Shown here: in pieces, positions 28,176 through 37,223 of the stretch
Position numbering within the stretch: position 1 is the stretch's first letter
Layout: each line of letters begins with the position of its first letter
Source: a virus
Lineage: Duplodnaviria; Caudoviricetes
Virus record (IMG/VR): IMGVR_UViG_643348564_000006
Span: 941-64,940 of that record
Reading direction: 5' to 3' (one strand)
DNA length: 64,000 nucleotides
The notes under the pieces: generated by a model
Databases searched by the model: none
What the model saw: the letters and a program-made list of their open reading frames with translations, nothing else
Told to the model about the DNA's origin: nothing
Program-made: the position numbers and the translations under genes

Positions 28176-28555
28176 ACCACCAGCACGGCCGGGAAGCGGG
28201 AGCGGATCAGGTCGAGCAGCTCGCGCCCGTAGGCGGTCTGGCTGAGGGCACCGTTAGCCGAGGCCGCGGCGGCGGTTCCCGACCGATCGAGCTGCAGCTG
28301 GCCGGAGCGGAACGAGGTGAATCCGAGCGCGCCGGCTGCGGCCAGTTCCGCCTCGGCGCCCGTGCCGATCCCGCGGGTCGTCATGTCATGGGCGGCCTGG
28401 AGCATCACGGCCTTGCGCCGATCCGTGTCAGCCCACCCGTCGTCGGCCACCGACGCCGCGTCCTCCAAGAACCCGGCGATCCGCTGATCCGGCACGGCGT
28501 CGAAGGCGGGAAAGCGGAGCTTGAAGTCCGCGGCGGTCGGGGGCGTATAGGCCAT
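28172..28555 (-). CDS. Head-tail adaptor (DUF4054-like)
   Basis: F..RFPAF..VPD..I..AH..T.YG..LL motifs. Confidence 0.85.
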   Translation of the reverse strand: MAYTPPTAADFKLRFPAFDAVPDQRIAGFLEDAASVADDGWADTDRRKAVMLQAAHDMTTRGIGTGAEAELAAAGALGFTSFRSGQLQLDRSGTAAAASANGALSQTAYGRELLDLIRSRFPAVLVV

Positions 28556-28558
28556 GGA

Positions 28559-28900
28559 TCAGCCCTGCGCCGCCTTCGCCCGCTCGGCCTCGGTCAGGAG
28601 GCGTCGGCGGCCCCAATTCCCGACCTGAACGCCGCGCTCGGTGAGGTAGGCGCGCAGCTCGTCGTCAGTGAGCTGATCGAGCTCGGCGTCCTCCGAGCCG
28701 GCGGCCTCGTCGCTCTCGACCACCTCGCCCAGGACGATCTCGCCCTTCTCGACCCAGACCTTCAGGATCGGATCGTCGGGGTTATGCAGCTGGACGTCGG
28801 CGGTCTCGCCTCTCCGGAGGGTGCGCTGAACGGGTTTGCCCCGCTCGCCCTTCTCCCAGACGATGCGCGGGCCCAGGGCCCGGTTCGTGATCTCTACCAT
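28559..28900 (-). CDS. Capsid-associated/packaging accessory protein
   Basis: Directly after capsid gene; acidic linker and LDQLTDDELRAYL HeH-like tail. Confidence 0.6.
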   Translation of the reverse strand: MVEITNRALGPRIVWEKGERGKPVQRTLRRGETADVQLHNPDDPILKVWVEKGEIVLGEVVESDEAAGSEDAELDQLTDDELRAYLTERGVQVGNWGRRRLLTEAERAKAAQG

Positions 28901-28958
28901 TGCGGGTCCTCTCGGATGGTCCTCGGATCGCACTCAGGGGCCTGGGGCGCCTTGCGGC

Positions 28959-29912
28959 TCAGATCCCGTCGAGGTAGCGGAAAGCGCCGGGGCGCCGGAT
29001 GTCGACGCCGCCCAGGCGGAAGGCGCCGGGCACGTCGAAGCGGAAGGGCCCGGTCTGCCACGCCGGGAAGAACCGGAAGGGCATGGGCATCCAGAGCTTC
29101 ACGACCTCCGGGTCGCGCAGGTACGCGACCATTCGGGCGGTCCCGCCGGCGCCCGCCGTCTCCAGGCCGCGCACGCCGAACACGTTGAGCGGCTGGCCGG
29201 TCTCGATGGTGTAGACGTTCTTCCGCTGGATCCAGTCCAGCAGAGTCATCTGGTTGTACTGGTCGATGCGCCGCAGGCTCAGCGCGATCATCTGCTCGTA
29301 GGGCAGCAGCGCCGTGTCCGCCAGCTCGACGGTGTTGGAGCCGGTGAAGATGCCGGTCAGCAGCCCGTTGACGTCGGCCAGCACAAGCTCCGGATCCTTA
29401 TCGGCCCAGCGCGTGCTGCCGCCCGCGCCCGTGGGAGCCGCCGAACCCTGGGTGACGGCCGGGCTGTTGACGAGGCCGCTGTAGCCCTTGGCCGGGTCAC
29501 CGAACAGGGCAACCCGGTCGATGAACTCCTCGGAGGCACGCCGCGCGGCCGCGGCCTTGTCCGCCGAGAGGCTCATGTTCATCAGCTGCGCCTTGCCGAG
29601 CTCCTCGAGGTCGTAGCCGTAGCCGATGCCGGCCATCGAGACCGTGGTCTCGAACTGGCTGCGGAGCACGTCGGCCCGCGGCACGTCGTTGGCCTGGCCG
29701 GTGATCCACTTGGCGGCCCCGACCTGATCCAGCGAGAAGTAGGTGACCGAGGGGATCCACTCGGGGGCGTTGGTGTCCACCGGGACAAGCCGCGGGTAGC
29801 GGATCTCGGGGTACCGCGTCCGATACACCTGGGGCTCGATGAACGTCTGCTGGCTGACCAGGAAGGCCAGAGCACGGCGCATGTCGGCATCAGTGAAGAA
29901 CTGGCCTCGCAT
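28959..29912 (-). CDS. Major capsid protein (DUF2184-like, HK97 fold)
   Basis: YPRLVPV..GYGYDLEEL.KA..GLVN..G..GGVDIRRP.A.RYLDGI. Confidence 0.92.
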   Translation of the reverse strand: MRGQFFTDADMRRALAFLVSQQTFIEPQVYRTRYPEIRYPRLVPVDTNAPEWIPSVTYFSLDQVGAAKWITGQANDVPRADVLRSQFETTVSMAGIGYGYDLEELGKAQLMNMSLSADKAAAARRASEEFIDRVALFGDPAKGYSGLVNSPAVTQGSAAPTGAGGSTRWADKDPELVLADVNGLLTGIFTGSNTVELADTALLPYEQMIALSLRRIDQYNQMTLLDWIQRKNVYTIETGQPLNVFGVRGLETAGAGGTARMVAYLRDPEVVKLWMPMPFRFFPAWQTGPFRFDVPGAFRLGGVDIRRPGAFRYLDGI

Positions 29913-29972
29913 GGTCAGTCTCTCCTTGCGATTGACTTCGATTGTGGGTGGGGAGATCCGGCTCGCGTCGGA

Positions 29973-30416
29973 TCAGGGGAGGTTGAGCTTCAGCTTGACG
30001 AGCGCGCCGCTCGCGCCGCTGCTGTCGAACACGGCCCGCAGCGCCGTGTTGTCCGTGGCGGTGACCGTGAAGGCGCCAGCAGCGGTCAGGTAGGCGGGGG
30101 CGCCGGCCGTGACGGGTCCGGAGGCCTTCACCCAGACGGTGCCGCGCTCCATCACCGACACCGTGTCGCCCTTCGGGTGCAGGTCGCCCGTGGCGTTCGC
30201 CAGCGGGAAGTGATCGGCGACCGTGACACCGCGGAACACCGAGCCGGTGGCGGCGATGCCGTTGGCATCGGCGCCCTGGAAGGCCGGCTTGCCGAAGCCG
30301 ATCCCACCGGCCGACTCGATGACGCGGGAGATGATCCCGCCCGGCTCCATGGAGGCGATCATGCCCTCGAAGGCCGGGGCCATCTCGCCGGGATACGTGG
30401 TCTGAACCGCAGGCAT
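29973..30416 (-). CDS. Capsid decoration/cement protein
   Basis: AFEGMIA..GIGFG..V.VM.RGTVWV..G.PAY; before capsid gene. Confidence 0.8.
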   Translation of the reverse strand: MPAVQTTYPGEMAPAFEGMIASMEPGGIISRVIESAGGIGFGKPAFQGADANGIAATGSVFRGVTVADHFPLANATGDLHPKGDTVSVMERGTVWVKASGPVTAGAPAYLTAAGAFTVTATDNTALRAVFDSSGASGALVKLKLNLP

Positions 30417-30469
30417 TTACTGCGCTCCTCTTGGGGATGATCTGGACATGGCCGAGGAATGGCCTTGGA

Positions 30470-31690
30470 TTACTGCGCCGCCTGACCGGGCCGCTCCTTG
30501 TAGGCGTTGGTGAGATAGTCGACGTTCGCTGCGTAAGCGTCCGCGAGGACGTTCTGACCGCCGGCCGGCTTGATGCCGTCCGCGATGGTGCGGGCGAGGG
30601 GATCGGCCGGCTTGTGGTCCTTGGCGATCGCCAGGAAGGCGCCCTCGACCGCGCCGTCCGTGAGATCCTTGGCGCTGTCGCCGAGGCGGGCGGACACGAC
30701 CTCGCGGCGGATCTGGGCGTCGGTCTTGCCGGCATCCGTGAAGGTCGCGCCGATCACGCTCTTGGCCACGTCGATGACGCTGGCACGCGCCGCCACCGCG
30801 GCCGCCAGCTTATCGGGCGTAAGGGCCGCATCCTCGACCTGCTTCTTGAGGACCGCGATCTCGCCGTCCTTGGCCTCGATGGTCTTGCGCGCCTCGGCGA
30901 GCTCGCCATCCTTCGCCTCGATCGCCCGGGCGTGGGTCGAATTCGCCTCGTTCAGCTGCGTGGTGAGCGACACGTTGTCCGTCGTCAGCTGGCCGATCTG
31001 CTTCTGCAGGCCGGACACCGCGACCACCGCAGCGTCGCTCATCTCGACGGTGTGGCCGTCGATTGTCAGGGTCTTCATGGGGATGGCATCCCTCTGCTGT
31101 TGCTGGTCGGAGAGCACCCGCATGGTCTTCACGTCGGCGGGGTGCTGATCGCCGATGCGGCAGTCGGGGCCGGCCCGCCCGCGATCCACGATCGCGACGT
31201 GATCGACCACGATGTTGGTCTGGCGGGCGTCGTAGGGCCGCCCATCCGGGGTGGTGCCGGGGGTGAAGTCGAGGTCGCAGGTGTAGCCGACCGACAGCTC
31301 TCGCTTGCCGTTCTTGACGGCCTCGATGGCGCCCTGGTCCGCGATGAGCATCGGGATCCGGACGAACTCGCCGTCGCGCAGCACCTCCTCGCCGACGTGC
31401 CCTCGCGCCACGCTCCGCCAGGTGGCCGGGGTGACGGGGGAGGACGGGTGATCGAGGGTGACCGGCTTGTGGCCGAAGGTGCGCAGGGAATCGGCCCGGA
31501 ATACCTCGTCGGCGTCTCGGTAGATCCGGACGATCGGCATCTCGGGCTTGCCCACCTCGGCGCCCTGGTAGAGCTGCACGTTGCCCCCCTGGGCGGCCTT
31601 GGCCTGGACGACGAGCGAGCCGTTGCGCATCTCGCGTGCGTTCGCGATCTCGGCGGCCTCGCCGAGCGACAGGTGATCGAAGAACTGCAT
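30470..31690 (-). CDS. Prohead protease-scaffold fusion (DUF2213-like)
   Basis: PVTLDHP..ELSVGY.C..DHVAIVDRGRAG, then coiled-coil scaffold. Confidence 0.9.
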   Translation of the reverse strand: MQFFDHLSLGEAAEIANAREMRNGSLVVQAKAAQGGNVQLYQGAEVGKPEMPIVRIYRDADEVFRADSLRTFGHKPVTLDHPSSPVTPATWRSVARGHVGEEVLRDGEFVRIPMLIADQGAIEAVKNGKRELSVGYTCDLDFTPGTTPDGRPYDARQTNIVVDHVAIVDRGRAGPDCRIGDQHPADVKTMRVLSDQQQQRDAIPMKTLTIDGHTVEMSDAAVVAVSGLQKQIGQLTTDNVSLTTQLNEANSTHARAIEAKDGELAEARKTIEAKDGEIAVLKKQVEDAALTPDKLAAAVAARASVIDVAKSVIGATFTDAGKTDAQIRREVVSARLGDSAKDLTDGAVEGAFLAIAKDHKPADPLARTIADGIKPAGGQNVLADAYAANVDYLTNAYKERPGQAAQ

Positions 31691-31764
31691 GGGGATCCTG
31701 CCTGAAGGCCCGCCGGCGGATGGCGTTGTTGAAGCGCGGACGCTGCGGCGCTATATTTGGGTCA

Positions 31765-31828
31765 GTCGCGAGCCGTTTTGGACGTAAAGCTCGGGGGGAT
31801 CTTCGGATCAGGCATCGAGCATCGCGAC
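31765..31828. ncRNA. Candidate structured RNA/DNA element immediately downstream of the PBECR-like domain
   Basis: Nested pairings GTCGCGA/TCGCGAC, GCTCG/CGAGC and GATC-TTCG-GATC (cUUCGg loop on plus strand). Confidence 0.35.
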
Positions 31829-31831
31829 ACC

Positions 31832-32233
31832 TCACCTCTTCCACATCGACACCATCTCGATCCGTCGTTTCGCACGCTGAACCTCCCCGATGTAGGTATA
31901 GGTTCGCCCGCGGATCGACTTCTCAATGATGATTCGCGGCTGGCCATTCGCTGGGTTCGGGTCACCCGGCAAGAGTCTGTCCGGCTGCCGAACGATCTCG
32001 CGAGCGAGTGCGAAATCCAGCTGTGTGATGGCGACTTGGCCGCGCGCTGCCTCAGCTTTTGCATTGCCATGCTTCTTCAGCGTGTGGCTAATACCATCCT
32101 GTGAGATCGAGTGCCGGAAGCCTCGAACGTCGATGTTAGTCAATCTGCCGATTTCGCCCGACCGCGACACCCGACCCAACGAGGCGCGCAGCACGCCGGA
32201 ACGTGGCTGGCCAACAGCCTCGAGGAGTTGGGC
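31832..32233 (-). pseudogene. Orphaned 3' part of the portal fusion: PBECR-like (RelE/colicin E5-fold) RNase domain
   Basis: ISHTLKKHG..E..RGQ.AIT..DF..IVRQPD..R..IEK..TY.GEV..VSMWK; in frame with the portal ORF once the IS630 and one TA are removed. Confidence 0.75.
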
Positions 32234-32235
32234 TA

Positions 32236-33293
32236 GAGCGGGGTCCGAGCGGGTTGAAACCGTGGTGATGGCAACGCGTTGGCCGGTCCCCGGGGGGGCG
32301 GCTCAACGGAGGTGGCCCATGCCCTCAGCTTTGTCTGTCGACCTGCGCCAGCGCGTCGTCTCGGCCGTTGCAGAAGGCGCCTCCTGCCATCAGGCCGCCG
32401 CGCGCTTCGGGGTCAGCGTGGCCAGCGTCAGCCGCTGGTCCAGGCAGCAGGAGGGCCAGGGAGATGTCACGCCCAAGCCCATGGGCGGCGACCAGCGCTC
32501 GCAGCGCATCGAGGCTCATGCCGAGCTCATCCTGCAGACCTACCAAGCCCACCCGCAGAGCTTCCTGCATGAGCTCTGCGAGACGCTCCAGGAGCAAGGC
32601 GTTCCGGTCAGCCGCAGTAGCCTGTCGCGCTTCTTCGCCCGGCACCGCATCACGCGGAAAAAAGGGCGACGTACGCAGCTGAGCAGGAGCGGGAGGATGT
32701 AAAGGCGGCTCGTGAGGCGTGGTTTGCCGGCCAGCTTGAGCTGGATCCGGAGCGACTGGTGTTCCTGGATGAGACCGCCGCCACCACCAGCATGGTCCGC
32801 CGCTACGGCTGGGCCCCGCGCGGCGAGCGTTGCCGCCTCGCGGCACCCGCAGGGCACTGGAAAACCACCACTGTGATTGCCGGGCTGCGCACGAGCGGGC
32901 CTGACGCGATCGCTCTGCTGGACGGCCCTGTGACGGGCGAACGCTTCCGCGCCTACGTGACCGACACCCTGGTCCCCACCCTGAGACCCGGCGACACCGT
33001 GATCCTGGACAATCTGGGCGCTCACAAGGTGGCCGGCGTGCGCGAGGCGATCGCGGCAACCGGGGCCCGGCTGCTTTATCTTCCTCCGTACTCACCTGAG
33101 TTCAACCCGATTGAGCAGGCCTTCGCCAAGCTGAAAGCGCTGTTGCGCAGGGCGGCGGCCCGCAGTGTCAGTGAACTCTGGGCGGCGATCCACCAAGCCT
33201 TCAAATGCTTCTCGCCGGCTGAGTGCCGCAACTACTTCACAGCTGCTGGATACGAGGATGATGCTTACGCTTCAACCTGATCGGGAGCGGCTC
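32236..33293 (+). mobile_element. IS630-family insertion sequence (1058 bp, TA duplication)
   Basis: TA at 32234-35 and 33294-95; imperfect terminal IRs GAGCGGGGTCCGA / GAGCCGCTCCCGA (rc). Confidence 0.93.
32319..33280 (+). CDS. IS630 transposase (HTH + DDE, -1 frameshift at A6G 32658-64)
   Basis: MPSALSVDLRQRVV HTH; -1 frame gives VFLDE..VILDNL..H..LPPYSPEFNPIE. Confidence 0.93.
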
Positions 33294-35261
33294 TAGGCCA
33301 GAGGTCCACCGCCCGCGCGCGTCACGCCGCTGGTTCGGGTTGTACGCGTCCCGAAAAGGGAGGGTGGCGTTCGGCCCACCTCCCAGGCTGTCCTCGGCGA
33401 GCCTTGCCCGCCAGTTCTCGGTGATCGGCTCGAAGATCTCCGGCCCGAACACGAGCGGCCCGTTGTAGGGCTGGACCTGATCCAGATCGACGCCGTCGGC
33501 CGAGAGCGCGAAGCTGACGTGCGGCTGGTAGTCCGGGTGGTCCCACGCCGCGCCGGCGTCCCGGATCTCCTGCCAGCGCCAGCGCAACTCGCTGGATGAG
33601 AACAGCAGAACGACGACATCGCCGAAGCGCTCGACGAGGCGCGGCCCGCCAGCCTCGACCTTGAGCTCGGCGCCCTGCCAGGTCGGGCCGACCGCCATCC
33701 AGTCCACGGGCTGGCGGCTGTAGGCGATGGTCACGTGGAGCTCACCGGCCGGATAGAGATCGGTGAAGCCCTGGCTCTTCGCCCAGGCGAGGAGATCGGC
33801 GCCATTGAGCAGCTTGCGGCTGACGTAGAGCGTGCGGGGCGCGGCATCGGCAACCTGCTGGCCGCCGGCCACTCGGCCGCGGAGCGGGACCACGTTGCCG
33901 GTGCCGGTGAAGCCCTCGGCCGGCTGGCCGTCCGGCCCGAACTGGTCGGCGTCGAGCTCGCCCTCGGTCAGCGGCGCGTCGCCGTGCTCCTCATAGGCTG
34001 CGTCGATACCCGGGAAGAGGCCGCTGTCGACCGCGGCGCCCTTGGTGCCTTGCGCGAGGATTTCCAGAGGCGCGAGCTTAGCCTTGGCGAGGACCGCCAC
34101 CGCGTCCGCCACCGTCTTGAAGGCGTCGGCCTTCTCCTTCTGGGTCGGCTGGTAGAGCGGGTTCCACTCGTACCAAACCTCGGGCGGACGGGCGCCGAGC
34201 GCGTGGCGGATCAGCAGCTCGTCGAGGCGGCGGATCGCCGGGGTGAGCTCCACCTTCTGCCGGGCCGCCACGTGGTCGTAGTAGTTGCGGGTGTCGCTGT
34301 CCCCAGTGGCGTTGAGACCGGACGGCGACTGGCCGAGCAGGCGTGTCGCCGGGATGTCGGCCGCGCCGGCCGCGATGAGCAGGAACAGCCGCACCACGTC
34401 GGGCAGGCCAGCAAAGCTGATCTGCTTCTGCTCGAACACCTCGCCGTCGGGGCTCTTCCCATCGCCCTCCAGCAGGAGCATGCCGAACATGCTCTTCATC
34501 CGGGCGGCGTAGGCGAAGCGGTCGGTGAGCCGCCGGGTGCCCTCCTCGGTCGAGAGATGCTGCGACAGGCCCGGGACGCTGATGACGTCCTGCTTGGCCT
34601 CGGGCAGCATGGCGTTGACGTAGGCGGCCGAAGACGTGGCCTGGTCCACGGCCTCGAACACGGCCTGCAGCACGCTGTCGCCCCAGCCCCGCTCGGTCGC
34701 GCTCTGCACGCTCTCCAGAATGGGCGCGCCGATGAGACGGACCACGCGGGAGGGGTGGATCGCCTGCTGGCCGCGCGTCGCGCTGACGAGCTGCCAGGAC
34801 ACGGGCTCCCCGAACCAGGGCGAGGCCGGATCCCGGTCCGGCTCGCCGGGCGTGATCTCCTCCCGGCCGAGCACGTGGAGGTAGCGGATGCTGCCCTTGC
34901 CCAGGCGCTCCGGCACCAATGGCTGCGCCGGATCCGACGCTCCATCACCGATGAGGAGCGCTGCGCCGCCGTCGCGCCGGGCCATCCGCAGGCCGTCGAG
35001 CAGCTTCTGCCGGACGCCGAGCGCGGTTTCCGCTGCCTCGATCGCCTCGACCTGCGCATCCTCCGCCTTCCAGGCGCGCCACTCGCGCAGCATGTCGAAG
35101 GCGACCACGTCCACGACCTTGCGGGCGATCCAGTTGCCCCGATAGGCCGCCTGGATCTCGGGCAGGGGCCGCGGGACGAAGACGTGGACGTTGCCGACCG
35201 TCTTGTCCTTGGCCGTGCCGAGGCCGGAGATCAGGTTGAAGAGGTTGTCGACGAGCCACAT
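33237..35261 (-). CDS. Portal protein (DUF1073-like) fused to an Acb1/gp57B-like 2H phosphoesterase; C-terminus truncated by IS630
   Basis: Portal motifs (AAY..NWIARK.VD, WGDSVL, IP.T.LLGQSP.G.NATG.SD..YYD); C-terminal LYV..LHVTIAYSR..VLLF.S..L..GA.WDHPDYQPHVS; last 18 aa come from IS antisense sequence. Confidence 0.9.
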   Translation of the reverse strand: MWLVDNLFNLISGLGTAKDKTVGNVHVFVPRPLPEIQAAYRGNWIARKVVDVVAFDMLREWRAWKAEDAQVEAIEAAETALGVRQKLLDGLRMARRDGGAALLIGDGASDPAQPLVPERLGKGSIRYLHVLGREEITPGEPDRDPASPWFGEPVSWQLVSATRGQQAIHPSRVVRLIGAPILESVQSATERGWGDSVLQAVFEAVDQATSSAAYVNAMLPEAKQDVISVPGLSQHLSTEEGTRRLTDRFAYAARMKSMFGMLLLEGDGKSPDGEVFEQKQISFAGLPDVVRLFLLIAAGAADIPATRLLGQSPSGLNATGDSDTRNYYDHVAARQKVELTPAIRRLDELLIRHALGARPPEVWYEWNPLYQPTQKEKADAFKTVADAVAVLAKAKLAPLEILAQGTKGAAVDSGLFPGIDAAYEEHGDAPLTEGELDADQFGPDGQPAEGFTGTGNVVPLRGRVAGGQQVADAAPRTLYVSRKLLNGADLLAWAKSQGFTDLYPAGELHVTIAYSRQPVDWMAVGPTWQGAELKVEAGGPRLVERFGDVVVLLFSSSELRWRWQEIRDAGAAWDHPDYQPHVSFALSADGVDLDQVQPYNGPLVFGPEIFEPITENWRARLAEDSLGGGPNATLPFRDAYNPNQRRDARGRWTSGLEPLPIRLKRKHHPRIQQL

Positions 35262-36733
35262 CAGCCGGTCACCGCCAGCATGCCGTAGGCCGGTTTCGCG
35301 ACCTCGCCGAAGGCGCGCGACAGCGCATCGACCTGGTCCTTGAAGGCGCCGTTCGGGAAGGACGCGACCTCATCGAGGAAGGCGTCGTTCCAGGCCCCCT
35401 CGACAAGCACGATGTTGCCCGCCTCGGCCTGGGCGGAGACCGGCTCGGCCCGGGTGACCTTGTCCCCGCTCTCAGGCGTGGCCCGCACGACGAAGCCCTC
35501 GAGCTGGCGGATCAGATACTGCGCCTGGGCCTTGCCGGCCTGCCCAGGATCCTGGGGGAGCGAGATGCGGCAGTCGCGGCCGTCCTGCTGGGCCGTGTTG
35601 ACGATCATGCGCTCCACCCCGCCGGGCGACAGCCGATCCCGGCGCACGTCCGCGATGTAGAGCCGCTTGTCCGGGCCGCGCCCGAGCTTCAGGCCGGCGG
35701 TGTAGGCGGGCTGGCTGCCCTGCTTGGCCTCGCTGGCGGCGAGGTCCCAGGCCCGCACCCAGACGCAGCCCGCCGGCGCGGCGCGCACGACGGAGAACCA
35801 GGAGCGCTTGAACAGGCCGCCCTCGCGCGGGGCCGGGCGCTGCTGGTACTGCCCCGCGTAGGCGTAGGAGCCGGCATCGCGCTTCAGCGCCTCGACGGTG
35901 GCGCGCGGGAATCGCACCGGGTCGAGGAGCTCGCCGTCCTGCGTCCGCGGGTCGACGAAGAAGGGCGTCCGGCACCGCCGCTCCGGCTCGAACTCCATCG
36001 GCAGGCAGAGGTGGGTGTAGCCCATGCCGAGCTTCAGGATCGTGCCCGAGATGTCGTCCTCGTGCAGGCGCTGCATCACCACCACGATCGCCGATCGCTC
36101 CTGGTCGTTGAGGCGGTTGATCGCGCCCTCGCGGAACTTGCGGGTGGTCCGGTTGCGCTCGGCCGCGCTCTCGGCGGTCTCCGTGCTATGGGGATCGTCA
36201 ATCAGCAATCTGTCCCCACGCTGCGAGGTGAGCGATCCGAACGGCACGCCCTCGCGGGTCCCCGTCGAGCTGTTCGCGAAACTCGTCTCGCCGGCGCGGC
36301 TCAACACGACCTCGGGCCACAGGCGGCGGTACCAGGGCGACAGGACGAGGTCGCGCATCTTGCGGGTGTCGCGCGTCACCGGCCCGTCGTTGAAGGCGGT
36401 GGCGAGGTAGCGCAGGGAGCGCCGCCCCTTCGGGCCCCACTCCCAGGCCGGCCAGATCACCGAGACGACGAGGCTTTTCGACGAGCCGGGCGGCACGTTG
36501 ATCAGGAGCCGGTTCAGCCGCCCGGCCGTGATCGCCTCGAGGTGGACGCAGAACGCGTCAAGGTGCCAGTTCCAGATCAGCGGGGCGTTGGGCTCCAGAA
36601 CGTGCCAGGCCTCGCGCACGAACCCGGCGAGGGATTGGCAGCGGGCCCGGATGACCTCGGCGTCGCGGTCGAGGGCTTGCCGTTGGGCCTCAGCCGTCCG
36701 CCGGGCCCTCTCCTCCCTCACCATCCTCAGCAT
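35261..36733 (-). CDS. terL: Terminase large subunit
   Basis: LLINVPPGSSKS Walker A, LLIDDPH Walker B, WDLAAS and DQVDA nuclease motifs; start uncertain (36724-36793). Confidence 0.95.
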   Translation of the reverse strand: MLRMVREERARRTAEAQRQALDRDAEVIRARCQSLAGFVREAWHVLEPNAPLIWNWHLDAFCVHLEAITAGRLNRLLINVPPGSSKSLVVSVIWPAWEWGPKGRRSLRYLATAFNDGPVTRDTRKMRDLVLSPWYRRLWPEVVLSRAGETSFANSSTGTREGVPFGSLTSQRGDRLLIDDPHSTETAESAAERNRTTRKFREGAINRLNDQERSAIVVVMQRLHEDDISGTILKLGMGYTHLCLPMEFEPERRCRTPFFVDPRTQDGELLDPVRFPRATVEALKRDAGSYAYAGQYQQRPAPREGGLFKRSWFSVVRAAPAGCVWVRAWDLAASEAKQGSQPAYTAGLKLGRGPDKRLYIADVRRDRLSPGGVERMIVNTAQQDGRDCRISLPQDPGQAGKAQAQYLIRQLEGFVVRATPESGDKVTRAEPVSAQAEAGNIVLVEGAWNDAFLDEVASFPNGAFKDQVDALSRAFGEVAKPAYGMLAVTG

Positions 36734-37070
36734 CACCGCCGGCGGTGCCGGCAAGCGGACCGAGGAGAGCTTCGAGCGCGTCAAGCTGCTCATTCGTGGC
36801 CCTGGTCAGGTCGGCGGTGAGGATTGGCCCGTTGTTCGGTCCAGTGTGGGCCACCGCCTGAAGGCGAGGGTGCATGTAGGGGGCAGCATCCTTGGCGAGC
36901 GCCGCGGCCTGATCCCAGCGCCGAGCCTTCGCGTGGCGGCGCATGGCGGTCAGCATCACTTCGAGGGGCGATATGCCCTCGGCCGATGCGCGGGCGACGA
37001 TCTCCTGCGACCGCCGCGTGATGGAGCCCTTCTTACGCCCGGCACCGGCGCGCCTACCGCCGTGCGCCAT
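36690..37070 (-). CDS. terS: Terminase small subunit
   Basis: GGRRAGAGRKKG..PLEVML..AK.AAPYMHPRL; upstream of TerL. Confidence 0.8.
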   Translation of the reverse strand: MAHGGRRAGAGRKKGSITRRSQEIVARASAEGISPLEVMLTAMRRHAKARRWDQAAALAKDAAPYMHPRLQAVAHTGPNNGPILTADLTRATNEQLDALEALLGPLAGTAGGDAEDGEGGEGPADG

Positions 37071-37223
37071 CTTGAAATGCCTTGATTGTTTTCAAGCGGA
37101 CGCAGAATCCGCCCTTCGCGGTGGTCGGCACATCCGCCACCTGGGCCGGCAGGCACACCCTCTGAGGAGCGCAGCTCACAATCCGGTCATCCGCGCGCAT
37201 GGATTCAGAACGCTGTCCCAGAG
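37071..37223 (-). promoter_or_regulatory. Hairpin-rich leader between NusG-like gene and late operon
   Basis: Minus-strand stems GGTGG-CGG..CCG-A-CCACC and GCGGA..TCCGC. Confidence 0.35.

Noticed and set aside
32325-33095. Minus-strand ORFs within IS630, and 42075..42917 within IS5
   Set aside because: Antisense to transposases; no independent evidence
33735-35288. 517-aa plus-strand ORF opposite the portal
   Set aside because: Shadow of the portal gene
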